From: Patescibacteria group bacterium
GTDB lineage: Bacteria; Patescibacteriota; Microgenomatia; Levybacterales; UBA12049
Direction: 5' to 3'
NCBI GenBank assembly: GCA_038063415.1
Contig: JBBTVD010000011.1
Span: 779-64,778 of the forward strand
DNA length: 64,000 bases
Position numbers and translations under genes: made by a program. This document shows, in pieces, positions 10,541-18,836 of the stretch (position 1 is the stretch's first letter; every line of letters begins with the position of its first letter). The notes below the pieces were generated by a model. The model made no database searches. It worked only from the letters and a program-made list of their open reading frames with translations, and was not told where the DNA came from.

Positions 10541-10640
10541 TTTTACGGGTGGCACGACTGGGTCTCCCGTTCGAGCGCCCACAGGAAGCTTCGCTTCTGA
10601 GGACGTCGGAATGGGGTGAGGAGTGACGGATCCCGTAAAG
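10541..10640. repeat. GC-rich palindrome-rich repeat element, family B, copy 1 (intergenic)
   Basis: The ~80-bp core 10556-10635 closely matches 23912-23990. Both contain cgagcgccc, caggaag + short palindrome (gaagcttc here, ggaagatcttcc in copy 2), gaggacgtcgg and ggggtgaggag. It is flanked by the inverted repeat tttacggg/cccgtaaa. GC content is much higher than the surrounding DNA. Confidence 0.7.
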
Positions 10641-10702
10641 ACCAGGTAATAAAAACAAACAGGATCAGTTACCTGATCCTGTTTGTAAGATAAATACAAA
10701 GG

Positions 10703-11134
10703 TTATTTATACTGCCCCTTGATCTCAAAAAGCAAATAAAACCCAATAATAATACCTAAAACTCCTCCAACTGAGAGAGAGAGTACAGCCGAAACAGCAC
10801 TAATTGCTTCCGACCAAAATAAGAGCGTCCAACCTGCATAGGCATGCTTGGTAAGCTTTGGATATGCCATAAGCATCAGAATACTTGAAACGATTGCTAG
10901 TACTCCTGAAGCCATCACCATAAAGCTAGCCTCTACTCCTCCAAGTATTGCTACTGGAGAAATACCAATTGCGCCAAGTCCTACAATAATACCAAGAATA
11001 CCAAAAACGAGTGCAAGAATTGGTGCGATCTTGACCAGTACTTCCTGAATATTTTTAGGAAGATGAGGAGCTTGTTTGAAGACTCCTTCCAGCATACCAA
11101 TCAGATCATTTGCTTGTGATTTTTTTTCTGCCAT
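10703..11134 (-). CDS. Hypothetical small integral membrane protein (about 4 transmembrane helices)
   Basis: 143 aa dominated by Gly/Ala/Ile/Leu hydrophobic helices. Confidence 0.5.
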   Translation of the reverse strand: MAEKKSQANDLIGMLEGVFKQAPHLPKNIQEVLVKIAPILALVFGILGIIVGLGAIGISPVAILGGVEASFMVMASGVLAIVSSILMLMAYPKLTKHAYAGWTLLFWSEAISAVSAVLSLSVGGVLGIIIGFYLLFEIKGQYK

Positions 11135-11232
11135 GTGTATTCACCCCCTTTCATACGCAACAACTATCTCAATGATAACAGAAAATACTTCGGAGAACAG
11201 AGAGCATTACGAAGTTATTTGGTTCTTACCTT

Positions 11233-11291
11233 GTCATTCCTGCGTAGGCAGGAATCCAGAGATCTAGATTCCCACTTTCGTGGGAATGACA
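11233..11291. repeat. Hairpin-pair repeat element, family A, copy 1 (intergenic)
   Basis: gtcattcctgcgtaggcaggaatcca + 8-bp spacer + gattcccactttcgtgggaatgaca. Two inverted hairpin units form terminal inverted repeats. The spurious ORFs 11135..11329 and 11076..11267 read through it. Confidence 0.8.
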
Positions 11292-11311
11292 GAATGGACG
11301 AAAAAGGCTTA

Positions 11312-12646
11312 TCACCAATTCAAACTTAATTGTGGAGAAAGCTTTTTTTTCAACTGCTTTTCTTCTTCTTCGTTCCAAATAGAGACTTTACCATACTCCC
11401 CATCGTACCCAGGAACAATAGCAATATTTCCTTCCCTCACTTTCTTTACTCCTGCTGATACCTGAGGTCCCGCAATATGTGCGATGTCTGCAATAGGTGC
11501 CTTCAGAAGGATATAAAACTCTGACTGCAACTCATGACAAAGCCGTATAAACATATTCTTTACCTTTTGACTAGCCACAGTCGAATGCATGGCCTCAGCA
11601 ATGATCTCGTTAAGAGGGATAAGCTTTACATAAGGAGGCTGCTTCTGCTGTGTATCGGTATGCCATTTGAGTCCTTGTGGATTAATCTTCTGTGTAACTC
11701 TGGTAAGAAGTGAGGGATCAGCAAGTTCTTGTACTCGATACAAAACTCCTTCAGTCATTCTCCGTTTACAGACAGGACAGATATTTCCATTCGCTCTGAT
11801 CTCTTCTGGTCCTTGTGCAACTTTACAGTTGCGGTGTCCTGAGAAATGGTACTTCCCTTCCTCAGGATAAAACTCAACCGTATAGGCAATGGTATTTGGC
11901 GTATCGACAGAGAAATGCATAATTGCCTTACGTACGTCGTCATACGAAAGCTTCTCAAGATCCATAATCGTTGCTTCCCTTCCCATCTTGGGAGCGCTAT
12001 GCGCATCAGAAAAAGAAAGAATCGTCCGAGTCATCAATTCCTTTACCTGCCAGTTCATGTCAGGATCGCTTGAAAGTCCCGTCTCAATGCCGTAAATATG
12101 CGGTGTTAACTCTTCAAAAGCTTGACGGAGCGATTCATAGCCAGATGCACTCCCGTAGATACCAAAGTGTGGCGTCCAGACGTGACAAGGGATCAGAAGG
12201 CATCGTTCGTCAATCGAAAGAATAAGCTCAAGCAGTTGTTTTGACCATAGACCAATAATTGGCCTTCCGTCAGCAGACAAATTGCAACCATGTTTAAGAA
12301 GAGCTGCGGTAATCTTTTCTGCAACCTGCATGCTCGGAGCAAAGACTAAATTATGGATTCTTCTCAGTTTGTCGTTTTGTTTGTAGATGTTTGAAATTTC
12401 TGTTGAAAAGAGAAAGCGAATCTTTTGATGTGGAGATACTTCTTTCTTTAATCGATACAAGCCCTCATCTGCTTCATCAAGTTGTCCCTGGATCTCTTTG
12501 AACCACAGCGGATGGGTAAAATCACAAACGGTCAGTATGTCCAATCCTTTTTGGGTGGCAACTTCGGCCATTACGGGAAGTGTCATTTGTGGAGAAACAG
12601 CACGGGAGTATTTGGAATGGAGATGCAAATCAGTCACATACTGCAT
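11312..12646 (-). CDS. PHP-domain nuclease, EndoQ-like (N-terminal PHP domain plus C-terminal Cys4 zinc finger)
   Basis: DLHLHSKYSRAVS PHP metal-binding N-terminus and a C-terminal CPVCKRRMTEGVLYRV-type zinc ribbon, 444 aa. The architecture matches endonuclease Q. Family assignment is from memory of EndoQ and was not searched. Confidence 0.6.
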   Translation of the reverse strand: MQYVTDLHLHSKYSRAVSPQMTLPVMAEVATQKGLDILTVCDFTHPLWFKEIQGQLDEADEGLYRLKKEVSPHQKIRFLFSTEISNIYKQNDKLRRIHNLVFAPSMQVAEKITAALLKHGCNLSADGRPIIGLWSKQLLELILSIDERCLLIPCHVWTPHFGIYGSASGYESLRQAFEELTPHIYGIETGLSSDPDMNWQVKELMTRTILSFSDAHSAPKMGREATIMDLEKLSYDDVRKAIMHFSVDTPNTIAYTVEFYPEEGKYHFSGHRNCKVAQGPEEIRANGNICPVCKRRMTEGVLYRVQELADPSLLTRVTQKINPQGLKWHTDTQQKQPPYVKLIPLNEIIAEAMHSTVASQKVKNMFIRLCHELQSEFYILLKAPIADIAHIAGPQVSAGVKKVREGNIAIVPGYDGEYGKVSIWNEEEEKQLKKKLSPQLSLNW

Positions 12647-12787
12647 GGGATTTATTGTAACATAGACAAAGAAAAAACAGTAAACCTTGTCGCAGCTATT
12701 ACGTCATGCTGGCTTGTCCAGCATCAGTATCTCAATCAAGATTCTGGATGCGCTCCGCTTGTCGCTTACCAGAATGACGGATCTATG

Positions 12788-14647
12788 CTACTCACTTTTC
12801 CCTTGTAATTTATACATTGCAATCAATTCTTTTACACTAGTCGCATCCTCTGCTTTTTTATCTTTGTCCCGAAAGGTAATCAGACGTGGGAACCTGAGTG
12901 CATAACCAGCTTCTTTCACCACTTTGGCTTCCTCCCCTTCTTGGACTTCTTCCTCATTCATCCCTGCCGTATGCATGGGGCTTCTGGTAATCTCATCAGC
13001 CAATACCTCAATAACGATTTTAGGCTTCACCCAGACGCTTGGGGTAATAAGTGACTCCACACGAGCAGGCTTATGCTCAAGTTCTAGCCCTTTTGTCTTT
13101 TCAGCAATACTTCGCCATTCATCATCGCTCAGTCCCGTCCCAATCCGTGAAACCGTCACAAAAGCATCTTTTTCCTCATCATACAGACCAACGAGCAGTG
13201 CCCCCGCCCCAAATGAAGCTCGTTTCCCTTTGCCATAAATGTATCCTAAGATCACGCAATCTATGGTATCGGTCAGATCACCAGCCGAATGTCTTTTGAG
13301 TTTTACCCAGTTAAAATTACGCCCTCCAGCCTCATACAATGAATCAGGCCGTTTGATAACAACTCCTTCAAGGCCTTTGGAAATCGAATCATCAAGGAGG
13401 AGCTGCAGCTCTTCGGGTTCTTTTAAGACCTTTCCAGGAGAAGGAATGAGCGTCTCACTGCCATCAATAATCCGCTCTAGCGCTTCCATTCGCTCCATAA
13501 GTGGCGTATCAATAAGTGACTTCCCATCCGCATACAGGATGTCAAAGACAAATGCCCGCAGAGGTAATTCCTTGGCTACTGCATCAATGTTATGTTTGCG
13601 ACGGCGTTTGGTTGTCTCTTGAAATGGAAGAAACTCTTCAGAGGCCGGATTGTACGCGAGTGCTTCAGAATCAAGAATTGCCGTTTTGGCTTTCACTTGC
13701 CTCCGCGTCCCCGCAATAAGCTCAGGGAACATATGCGTCATATCTTCAAGATTACGAGAGAACATGGAAACCTTCTCCCCATCTTTATGGATCTGTACCC
13801 GAAAGCCATCGTATTTCGGTGTCGCCTGTACCCCTCTAAGCACCTTTTCTCCGTTATCTGTCATCCTCGACTTGATCGGGGATCCATCCTTCTGGATTCC
13901 CGCTTTCGCGGGAATGACAATTGTTGACATCTTCTCAAAAACCTTAACAGGATTGGGCAGACGTTCACAAAGTTCAGACCGAATGGGGCGACCCACGGTA
14001 ACCGTTAGCTTTTGTACCGCCTCAAGTCCTTGATCCATTAATGTCTTGCCAATCAGTCCCAAATCTGAAGTCTCATTGTATGCTTTCTCAAGTAACTTTC
14101 GTTTACTTCGATCCCCCAGAATTGCAAGACTCACTGCATCAAGAATGGTGGGATCGCCAATTCCAAGACGTGCTTTACCAAGCACAATTCGCACAAGATG
14201 CTTTACAGAAGAGCTATCAAGTTTTTTTAGTAGTTCTGAGAAGAGTGTTCGCTTCTTCTCGACAGTCCCCTCGCCAGAAATATGCGCAAGATCCGTTAAC
14301 AGAGCAAAAACTTCTCCGACGGTAAGCTTGCCTCTTCCTTCTTCACCCTTTCCCCGTAACTGTTTCGCAACCTTCCCCATATCTCCCATTTGTTGATACA
14401 CCTCCCACACTGCTTCTTTGGTTGAATCAAATGCTTGCGCAAGAGCTGCCGAGACAGTTTTGTCTGCCATACCAAATTCAACCGGAGCATAAAAAGGAGC
14501 TACTCTCCCCTGAGAGAGGTACATAACCTTGTCAATTTCGTCAGAAGATACTTGCTTAAAAAGCTCTGACAAAATATCGATTAATGCTAATCGAGACGAG
14601 GTCTCTTCAAGTTTGTCAAAATAAGCTGCGAGTTCTGAAAAAGTCAT
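12788..14647 (-). CDS. ATP-dependent DNA ligase
   Basis: Adenylation motif I KYDGFRVQIH (KxDG), a downstream OB-fold region, 619 aa. Carries an in-frame family-A repeat insertion (VIPAKAGIQKDGSPIKSRMTDNG). Confidence 0.9.
   Translation of the reverse strand: MTFSELAAYFDKLEETSSRLALIDILSELFKQVSSDEIDKVMYLSQGRVAPFYAPVEFGMADKTVSAALAQAFDSTKEAVWEVYQQMGDMGKVAKQLRGKGEEGRGKLTVGEVFALLTDLAHISGEGTVEKKRTLFSELLKKLDSSSVKHLVRIVLGKARLGIGDPTILDAVSLAILGDRSKRKLLEKAYNETSDLGLIGKTLMDQGLEAVQKLTVTVGRPIRSELCERLPNPVKVFEKMSTIVIPAKAGIQKDGSPIKSRMTDNGEKVLRGVQATPKYDGFRVQIHKDGEKVSMFSRNLEDMTHMFPELIAGTRRQVKAKTAILDSEALAYNPASEEFLPFQETTKRRRKHNIDAVAKELPLRAFVFDILYADGKSLIDTPLMERMEALERIIDGSETLIPSPGKVLKEPEELQLLLDDSISKGLEGVVIKRPDSLYEAGGRNFNWVKLKRHSAGDLTDTIDCVILGYIYGKGKRASFGAGALLVGLYDEEKDAFVTVSRIGTGLSDDEWRSIAEKTKGLELEHKPARVESLITPSVWVKPKIVIEVLADEITRSPMHTAGMNEEEVQEGEEAKVVKEAGYALRFPRLITFRDKDKKAEDATSVKELIAMYKLQGKSE
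13860..13919. repeat. Family A repeat, copy 2, inside the ligase CDS in frame
   Basis: Degenerate unit 1 (gtcatcctcgacttgatcggggatcca) plus unit 2 gattcccgctttcgcgggaatgaca at 13895-13919. Translated as VIPAKAGIQ in the ligase. Confidence 0.75.
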
Positions 14648-14654
14648 ACTTTTC

Positions 14655-15707
14655 TTATGCCATCACATATTTGGCACCTTTGGTGCTTCCTTGTTTGCGG
14701 ATTAAGCCGTTTTTGATAAGTGCCTTCAGCTCATTGAGTACCGTATCCTCAGAGACCATTGGGAAGAGTTGTTTAAAACCGTTATTTTGTAAATGCCCTG
14801 TTTTTTGGATATATTCGATAATCTTTAACTGTCGGTCAGAAAGAAGGACAGGTGCCCCCCCCAAACGTTCTTTGAGCTTGCCGTCAACAGAAATTTTTTC
14901 AATCTTCTCTTTAATTTTGGCAAGTTCAATCGCAAGTCCTTCAGTAAAGTACTCCAACCATTCGGTCAAATCTCCAAAATGCTGTTCGACGCTTTGAAGA
15001 GCAGCATAATACCTTGTGGCATCGTTATCAAAATACTCTTCAAGTGAGAAGAACTTCCGAATGTCGTAACCTTCTTGGAAGAGAATAAAGGTAGACAATA
15101 CTCTCGAAACTCGTCCGTTACCATCAATAAATGGATGAATTCGCGCAAGCTCATAATGTACACTCCCACTTTTCAGAATCGGATGAATCTCATCTTCTTG
15201 CGTTTTATTAATAAATTCTAAAAGCTCTTGTATTTGAAATGGCACAGCAAGGGCAACAGGTGGACGGAAGGTTACTTCTCCGGTAAGGCTATTCTTGACC
15301 ACTACTTGGGTTGTACGGTACTCTCCGCATTTCTCAAACGGTAGAATCTTCTCCACCGTCATCTTGTGTAGTTGCCTAATAAAATCTTCATCAATGGTCT
15401 TATGTGCTTCTTCAGTTTTATTTTGATCAATATATTCCATTACCCGACGGTAATTAATAACCTCCTGAATATCCCGCTCACGAGCCATAACTGCATGTCC
15501 TTCCATAACCTTTTCAGCTTGCGTAAGATTGAGCTCGTTTCCTTCAATATGCGTCCCGTGATGGACACTTCGTACCATAGCGTCTTTACGAAACTCCTTT
15601 TCGTAGTATGGAAGCAGCGGTGCATGATCGATCACTTCACGGCTTGCTTCGATCACCCCAATCTGTCTGAGGATTTTATTGGTAATTTTATATTTTGGAG
15701 CGTACAT
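14655..15707 (-). CDS. Fic/DOC family protein with a C-terminal winged-HTH domain
   Basis: Canonical Fic motif HPFIDGNGRVSR, an N-terminal (S/T)xxIEGN-like helix (GTHIEGN), a C-terminal HTH-like tail, 350 aa. Confidence 0.9.
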   Translation of the reverse strand: MYAPKYKITNKILRQIGVIEASREVIDHAPLLPYYEKEFRKDAMVRSVHHGTHIEGNELNLTQAEKVMEGHAVMARERDIQEVINYRRVMEYIDQNKTEEAHKTIDEDFIRQLHKMTVEKILPFEKCGEYRTTQVVVKNSLTGEVTFRPPVALAVPFQIQELLEFINKTQEDEIHPILKSGSVHYELARIHPFIDGNGRVSRVLSTFILFQEGYDIRKFFSLEEYFDNDATRYYAALQSVEQHFGDLTEWLEYFTEGLAIELAKIKEKIEKISVDGKLKERLGGAPVLLSDRQLKIIEYIQKTGHLQNNGFKQLFPMVSEDTVLNELKALIKNGLIRKQGSTKGAKYVMA

Positions 15708-15753
15708 AGCTACTGGTATTATTGATCATTTCCCGAAAAAAGGCAAGAAGCCG

Positions 15754-15762
15754 TGCTATAAT
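15754..15762 (+). promoter_or_regulatory. Extended -10 promoter (TGcTATAAT) 7 nt upstream of an ATG, predicting a leaderless transcript
   Basis: gtgctataat at 15754-15762 and the ATG at 15769. No clear -35. Confidence 0.35.
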
Positions 15763-15768
15763 ATCGGC

Positions 15769-16041
15769 ATGCCAACCCAAAAAGCAATCGCACAAGAGAA
15801 ACTACACTTAGAAATTCTCAAGCAAATGATTACGCTTGCTACCAGTGGCTTTGGACTAGTAGCCGCGCTTGCCTGGAATAACGTCATTCAGGAATTTATG
15901 AAGGTCTATGTGAACAGATGGCTTCCACAAGGTGGGAGTGTTGTATCGCTTCTCTTCTATGCCGTTCTCGTAACTGTCTTTGCGGTGGTTGTTACCTATC
16001 AATTAACCAAACTTGCTGAACTTTCAGAGCGGAAGAAGTAA
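15769..16041 (+). CDS. Small membrane protein (90 aa, 2 transmembrane helices)
   Basis: Internal Met of ORF 15679..16041. Two clear hydrophobic helices. The ORF's upstream part is implausible. Confidence 0.45.
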   Translation: MPTQKAIAQEKLHLEILKQMITLATSGFGLVAALAWNNVIQEFMKVYVNRWLPQGGSVVSLLFYAVLVTVFAVVVTYQLTKLAELSERKK

Positions 16042-16968
16042 TGTACGCATCACTTGAGGAATCTCTTCTGTCAGATCTGAAGCATTAAAATAATACCCAA
16101 CCCGCTCAAACAAAGCTTCTCCTGCCTTCTTATTGAAGTAACTTCCAGCAGTTGCAGCCAGATACAACTCATTTTTACAGGCAAGAGCAGCGACAAGTCC
16201 AGCCAAAACATCCCCTGTCCCTCCTTTGGTCATACCGGCATTCCCTCCAGAGATCTCAACCCACTGTTCTGGAGAACATACGATATCCTTCTCCCCTTTG
16301 AGGAGAATGGTACAGTTATACTTTTTAGCTACCTGCTTTATAGTGTCATGCTGAACTTGTTTCAGCATCTTTTTATCCTTTGTTTGAAGATTCCGAAACG
16401 AGTTCGGAATGACAGGAGAAAACACTCTCCCAAACTCTTGATGATGGGGCGTCAGAATCACATTCCCGTTGAGTGGAAGCAACCATTCTGGCTCAAGCAT
16501 CTGCAGGGCTCCAGCATCAATGATCCATTTTTTCTTAGGATAGGTTGCAAGCAGATACTTCGTCAGATAGTACGTCTGCATACCTTCGTCCTCTACGAGA
16601 AGAATCTCCTCCAATTTACCATTTACCATTTGCCATTTGCCATTTGCATGTTCTGTCCGAACCATCCCTGGACCAATAAGCACGGCGTCAGCTTCCTCAA
16701 TATACGCATCAATATCTTCCTGTCTGACGATAATGCCATTTCGAAACTCTTTTTTGAGCGACTCAACCAGCAGGTTGTTCTCCGCAACCGAAGAATAAAA
16801 GACCATATCAACAATCTTTGAAGCAATTTGCAATGCCCACAGAGAAGCTGCATGAAAAAGTTGGGAACCTCCAATAATCATCAGTTTTCCATTCTGTCCT
16901 TTGTGAGAACCTGCAGGAGGAACGTAGATATCTTTGAGTAATTCAGGATCAAATTGCTGCATAGTCAT
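16024..16968 (-). CDS. nnrD: ADP-dependent NAD(P)H-hydrate dehydratase (YjeF C-terminal / carbohydrate-kinase-like)
   Basis: GKLMIIGGS near the N-terminus, LTPHHQEF (LTPHxGEF motif), and GGTGDVLAG near the C-terminus. Carries an in-frame family-A repeat insertion directly after the HHQEFGR motif. Confidence 0.8.
   Translation of the reverse strand: MTMQQFDPELLKDIYVPPAGSHKGQNGKLMIIGGSQLFHAASLWALQIASKIVDMVFYSSVAENNLLVESLKKEFRNGIIVRQEDIDAYIEEADAVLIGPGMVRTEHANGKWQMVNGKLEEILLVEDEGMQTYYLTKYLLATYPKKKWIIDAGALQMLEPEWLLPLNGNVILTPHHQEFGRVFSPVIPNSFRNLQTKDKKMLKQVQHDTIKQVAKKYNCTILLKGEKDIVCSPEQWVEISGGNAGMTKGGTGDVLAGLVAALACKNELYLAATAGSYFNKKAGEALFERVGYYFNASDLTEEIPQVMRTLLLPL
16345..16414. repeat. Family A repeat, copy 3 (variant units), in frame inside nnrD
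   Basis: Unit 1' gtcatgctgaacttgtttcagcatc (hairpin) + spacer + unit 2' gattccgaaacgagttcggaatgaca. Translated as VIPNSFRNLQTKDKKMLKQVQHDT. Confidence 0.75.
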
Positions 16969-18028
16969 TTTTTAACTCTATCACACTCCCTTCCCCTAGC
17001 GAAAGAGTTGACAAGAATTCTTTATGGGTTGTTGTAAGAACTGTCTGGCATTGATCCATTACGGTAAGGACATGCTGAATATGTCCACTATCAAGTTCTG
17101 AAAAAATATCGTCCAAAAGTAACAATGGCTGTTTACCCAAAGCTTCAGCAATCAACGTAATTTGGGCAAATTTAAGCTCCAAGGTTACTAATCTTTGCTG
17201 TCCACGAGAAGCAACTGAGCGAACTTGCTCCCGCTTGCCGGAGACAGGATGCTCCATCTGGATAAAGACTTCATCACGATGAGGACCCACAAGCGTCACG
17301 CCCGATCCAATCTCCGCGTGCTTGTATTGAGCCAAGCGCTCTACCGAGATACTACTTTTATCGTACTCCAATGTAAAGGGAAATAACTTCTTTTCCTGCT
17401 TATTAATCTGTGTAATAAGTTCTTCTCGTTTCTTGGTAATATAGTTTCCTGTCTTAATCAGCAAAGTATCCCAGTAGGCAAATCGCTCTTCATCACGGTA
17501 GCCCTGCTCTCGTGCCTGCTCAAGAAGGGCATTACGTTGACGTAAAGCTTTGGTATAAGTGGTCAGCGCATTTGTGTATGCCGTATCAATTTGCTCGAGA
17601 ATCTCATTAAGGAAGTTTCTCCGCATGGAAGGTTGCCCGGAAACGAGGTCAAGGGTCTCAGGAGTAAAAAGGACAACCGGCAAATGTGAAGCAAAATCTA
17701 CCCGTCTTCGAGGGATACTATTTACCAGATATTTTTTTTGTACTGCCGAACCTGTACGATCAGTAAAAAGCATCTCAAGCGTTTTCGAATCGGTATCTTC
17801 CCCTTCAATAATTGCTTTGATTCGACCAAAAGGTTTTCCAAAAAGGATTACTTGTCCATCTTTTTCAGATTTGAAACTCTTTCCGGTAAAAGAGAACACA
17901 AGTGATTCAACAAAATTTGTCTTTCCGACAGCGTTGGGTCCAACCACTACCGTTAATCGAGGATCAAACTGAAAGGCTGCAGTTGTATAATTTCTGAAAT
18001 GTTGCAGAGAGAGTGTACGTAAAATCAT
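16949..18028 (-). CDS. recF: DNA replication and repair protein RecF
   Basis: N-terminal Walker A GPNAVGKTN, SMC-like signature and a C-terminal Walker B LLLDD, 359 aa. Confidence 0.9.
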   Translation of the reverse strand: MILRTLSLQHFRNYTTAAFQFDPRLTVVVGPNAVGKTNFVESLVFSFTGKSFKSEKDGQVILFGKPFGRIKAIIEGEDTDSKTLEMLFTDRTGSAVQKKYLVNSIPRRRVDFASHLPVVLFTPETLDLVSGQPSMRRNFLNEILEQIDTAYTNALTTYTKALRQRNALLEQAREQGYRDEERFAYWDTLLIKTGNYITKKREELITQINKQEKKLFPFTLEYDKSSISVERLAQYKHAEIGSGVTLVGPHRDEVFIQMEHPVSGKREQVRSVASRGQQRLVTLELKFAQITLIAEALGKQPLLLLDDIFSELDSGHIQHVLTVMDQCQTVLTTTHKEFLSTLSLGEGSVIELKNDYAAI

Positions 18029-18048
18029 CGTTACTAAGATACAATGAT

Positions 18049-18759
18049 TTATTCTATCACGGTTCCAACAAAAGGCTCACCTTTGAAGTAGTTACGAATA
18101 TTAGCAAAATCATTACCTGAGAGTAATACCACCCGTGTACCACTTGCTTGTGCCTTTTTGGCTGCAATAGGATCAAACGGAGCATGCATACCTGGTGTCC
18201 ATTTGTCACCAATCAACTTGCGGAAATCTTCCCAGGAAATCTTATCTATTGGCTTGGCATCGGGGAAGGTATTGGGGTCACGATTAAAGAGTTGGGAGAC
18301 ATTACTAAGGTTAATGACGGTATCGACGTGGTAGTCTTCGGCAAGCATCGTAGCACAATAGTCTGTCGACCATCCAGGTTTCCAGCCTCCAGCCACCACA
18401 ACAGGCTCCGTTGCTTTACGGATAATATCGTAATTTTTGATAATATAAGGATGGGCAATATCTCGGAAGATCGTACGAACGAGGTGTGCATTCAGTCGGG
18501 TTGCATGAAGTCCCAGCCAATCCATATCGTTGTAAGTTAGTTCATGCCCTATGACTTCTTGCCCTGCCTGAGCATATTGCCTAGCGGTTGCTCCCCCACC
18601 TACGACCAAAAAAAACTGACGCTTGGTATCTGCTGCCAGTTGAGACCGGATAAAGGTATTGAGATTACTAAGAAAGGGAGTATTAACGTCGTCACCGGGA
18701 ACAACAAGAGAGCCTCCGACTGAAATGATAGTTCTTTTGACTCCTTTACTATTCGCCAT
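18049..18759 (-). CDS. Amino-acid-kinase family protein, most likely a UMP kinase (archaeal/short type)
   Basis: ISVGGSLV and VVGGGATAR glycine-rich loops of the carbamate/amino-acid kinase fold. 236 aa is typical for PyrH. Substrate assignment is inferred. Confidence 0.6.
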   Translation of the reverse strand: MANSKGVKRTIISVGGSLVVPGDDVNTPFLSNLNTFIRSQLAADTKRQFFLVVGGGATARQYAQAGQEVIGHELTYNDMDWLGLHATRLNAHLVRTIFRDIAHPYIIKNYDIIRKATEPVVVAGGWKPGWSTDYCATMLAEDYHVDTVINLSNVSQLFNRDPNTFPDAKPIDKISWEDFRKLIGDKWTPGMHAPFDPIAAKKAQASGTRVVLLSGNDFANIRNYFKGEPFVGTVIE

Positions 18760-18836
18760 AGCTCCTCCGCACTGAGTGCTTTAATAATAATAGCAGAAAG
18801 GCTAAGCAAAAACAACCCATAAGTTGTCAAAAGATG

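Noticed and set aside
11135-11329. ORFs 11135..11329, 11076..11267 and 13592..13927 ending in ...RGND-type peptides
   Set aside because: They are read-through translations of family A repeat elements, not genes.
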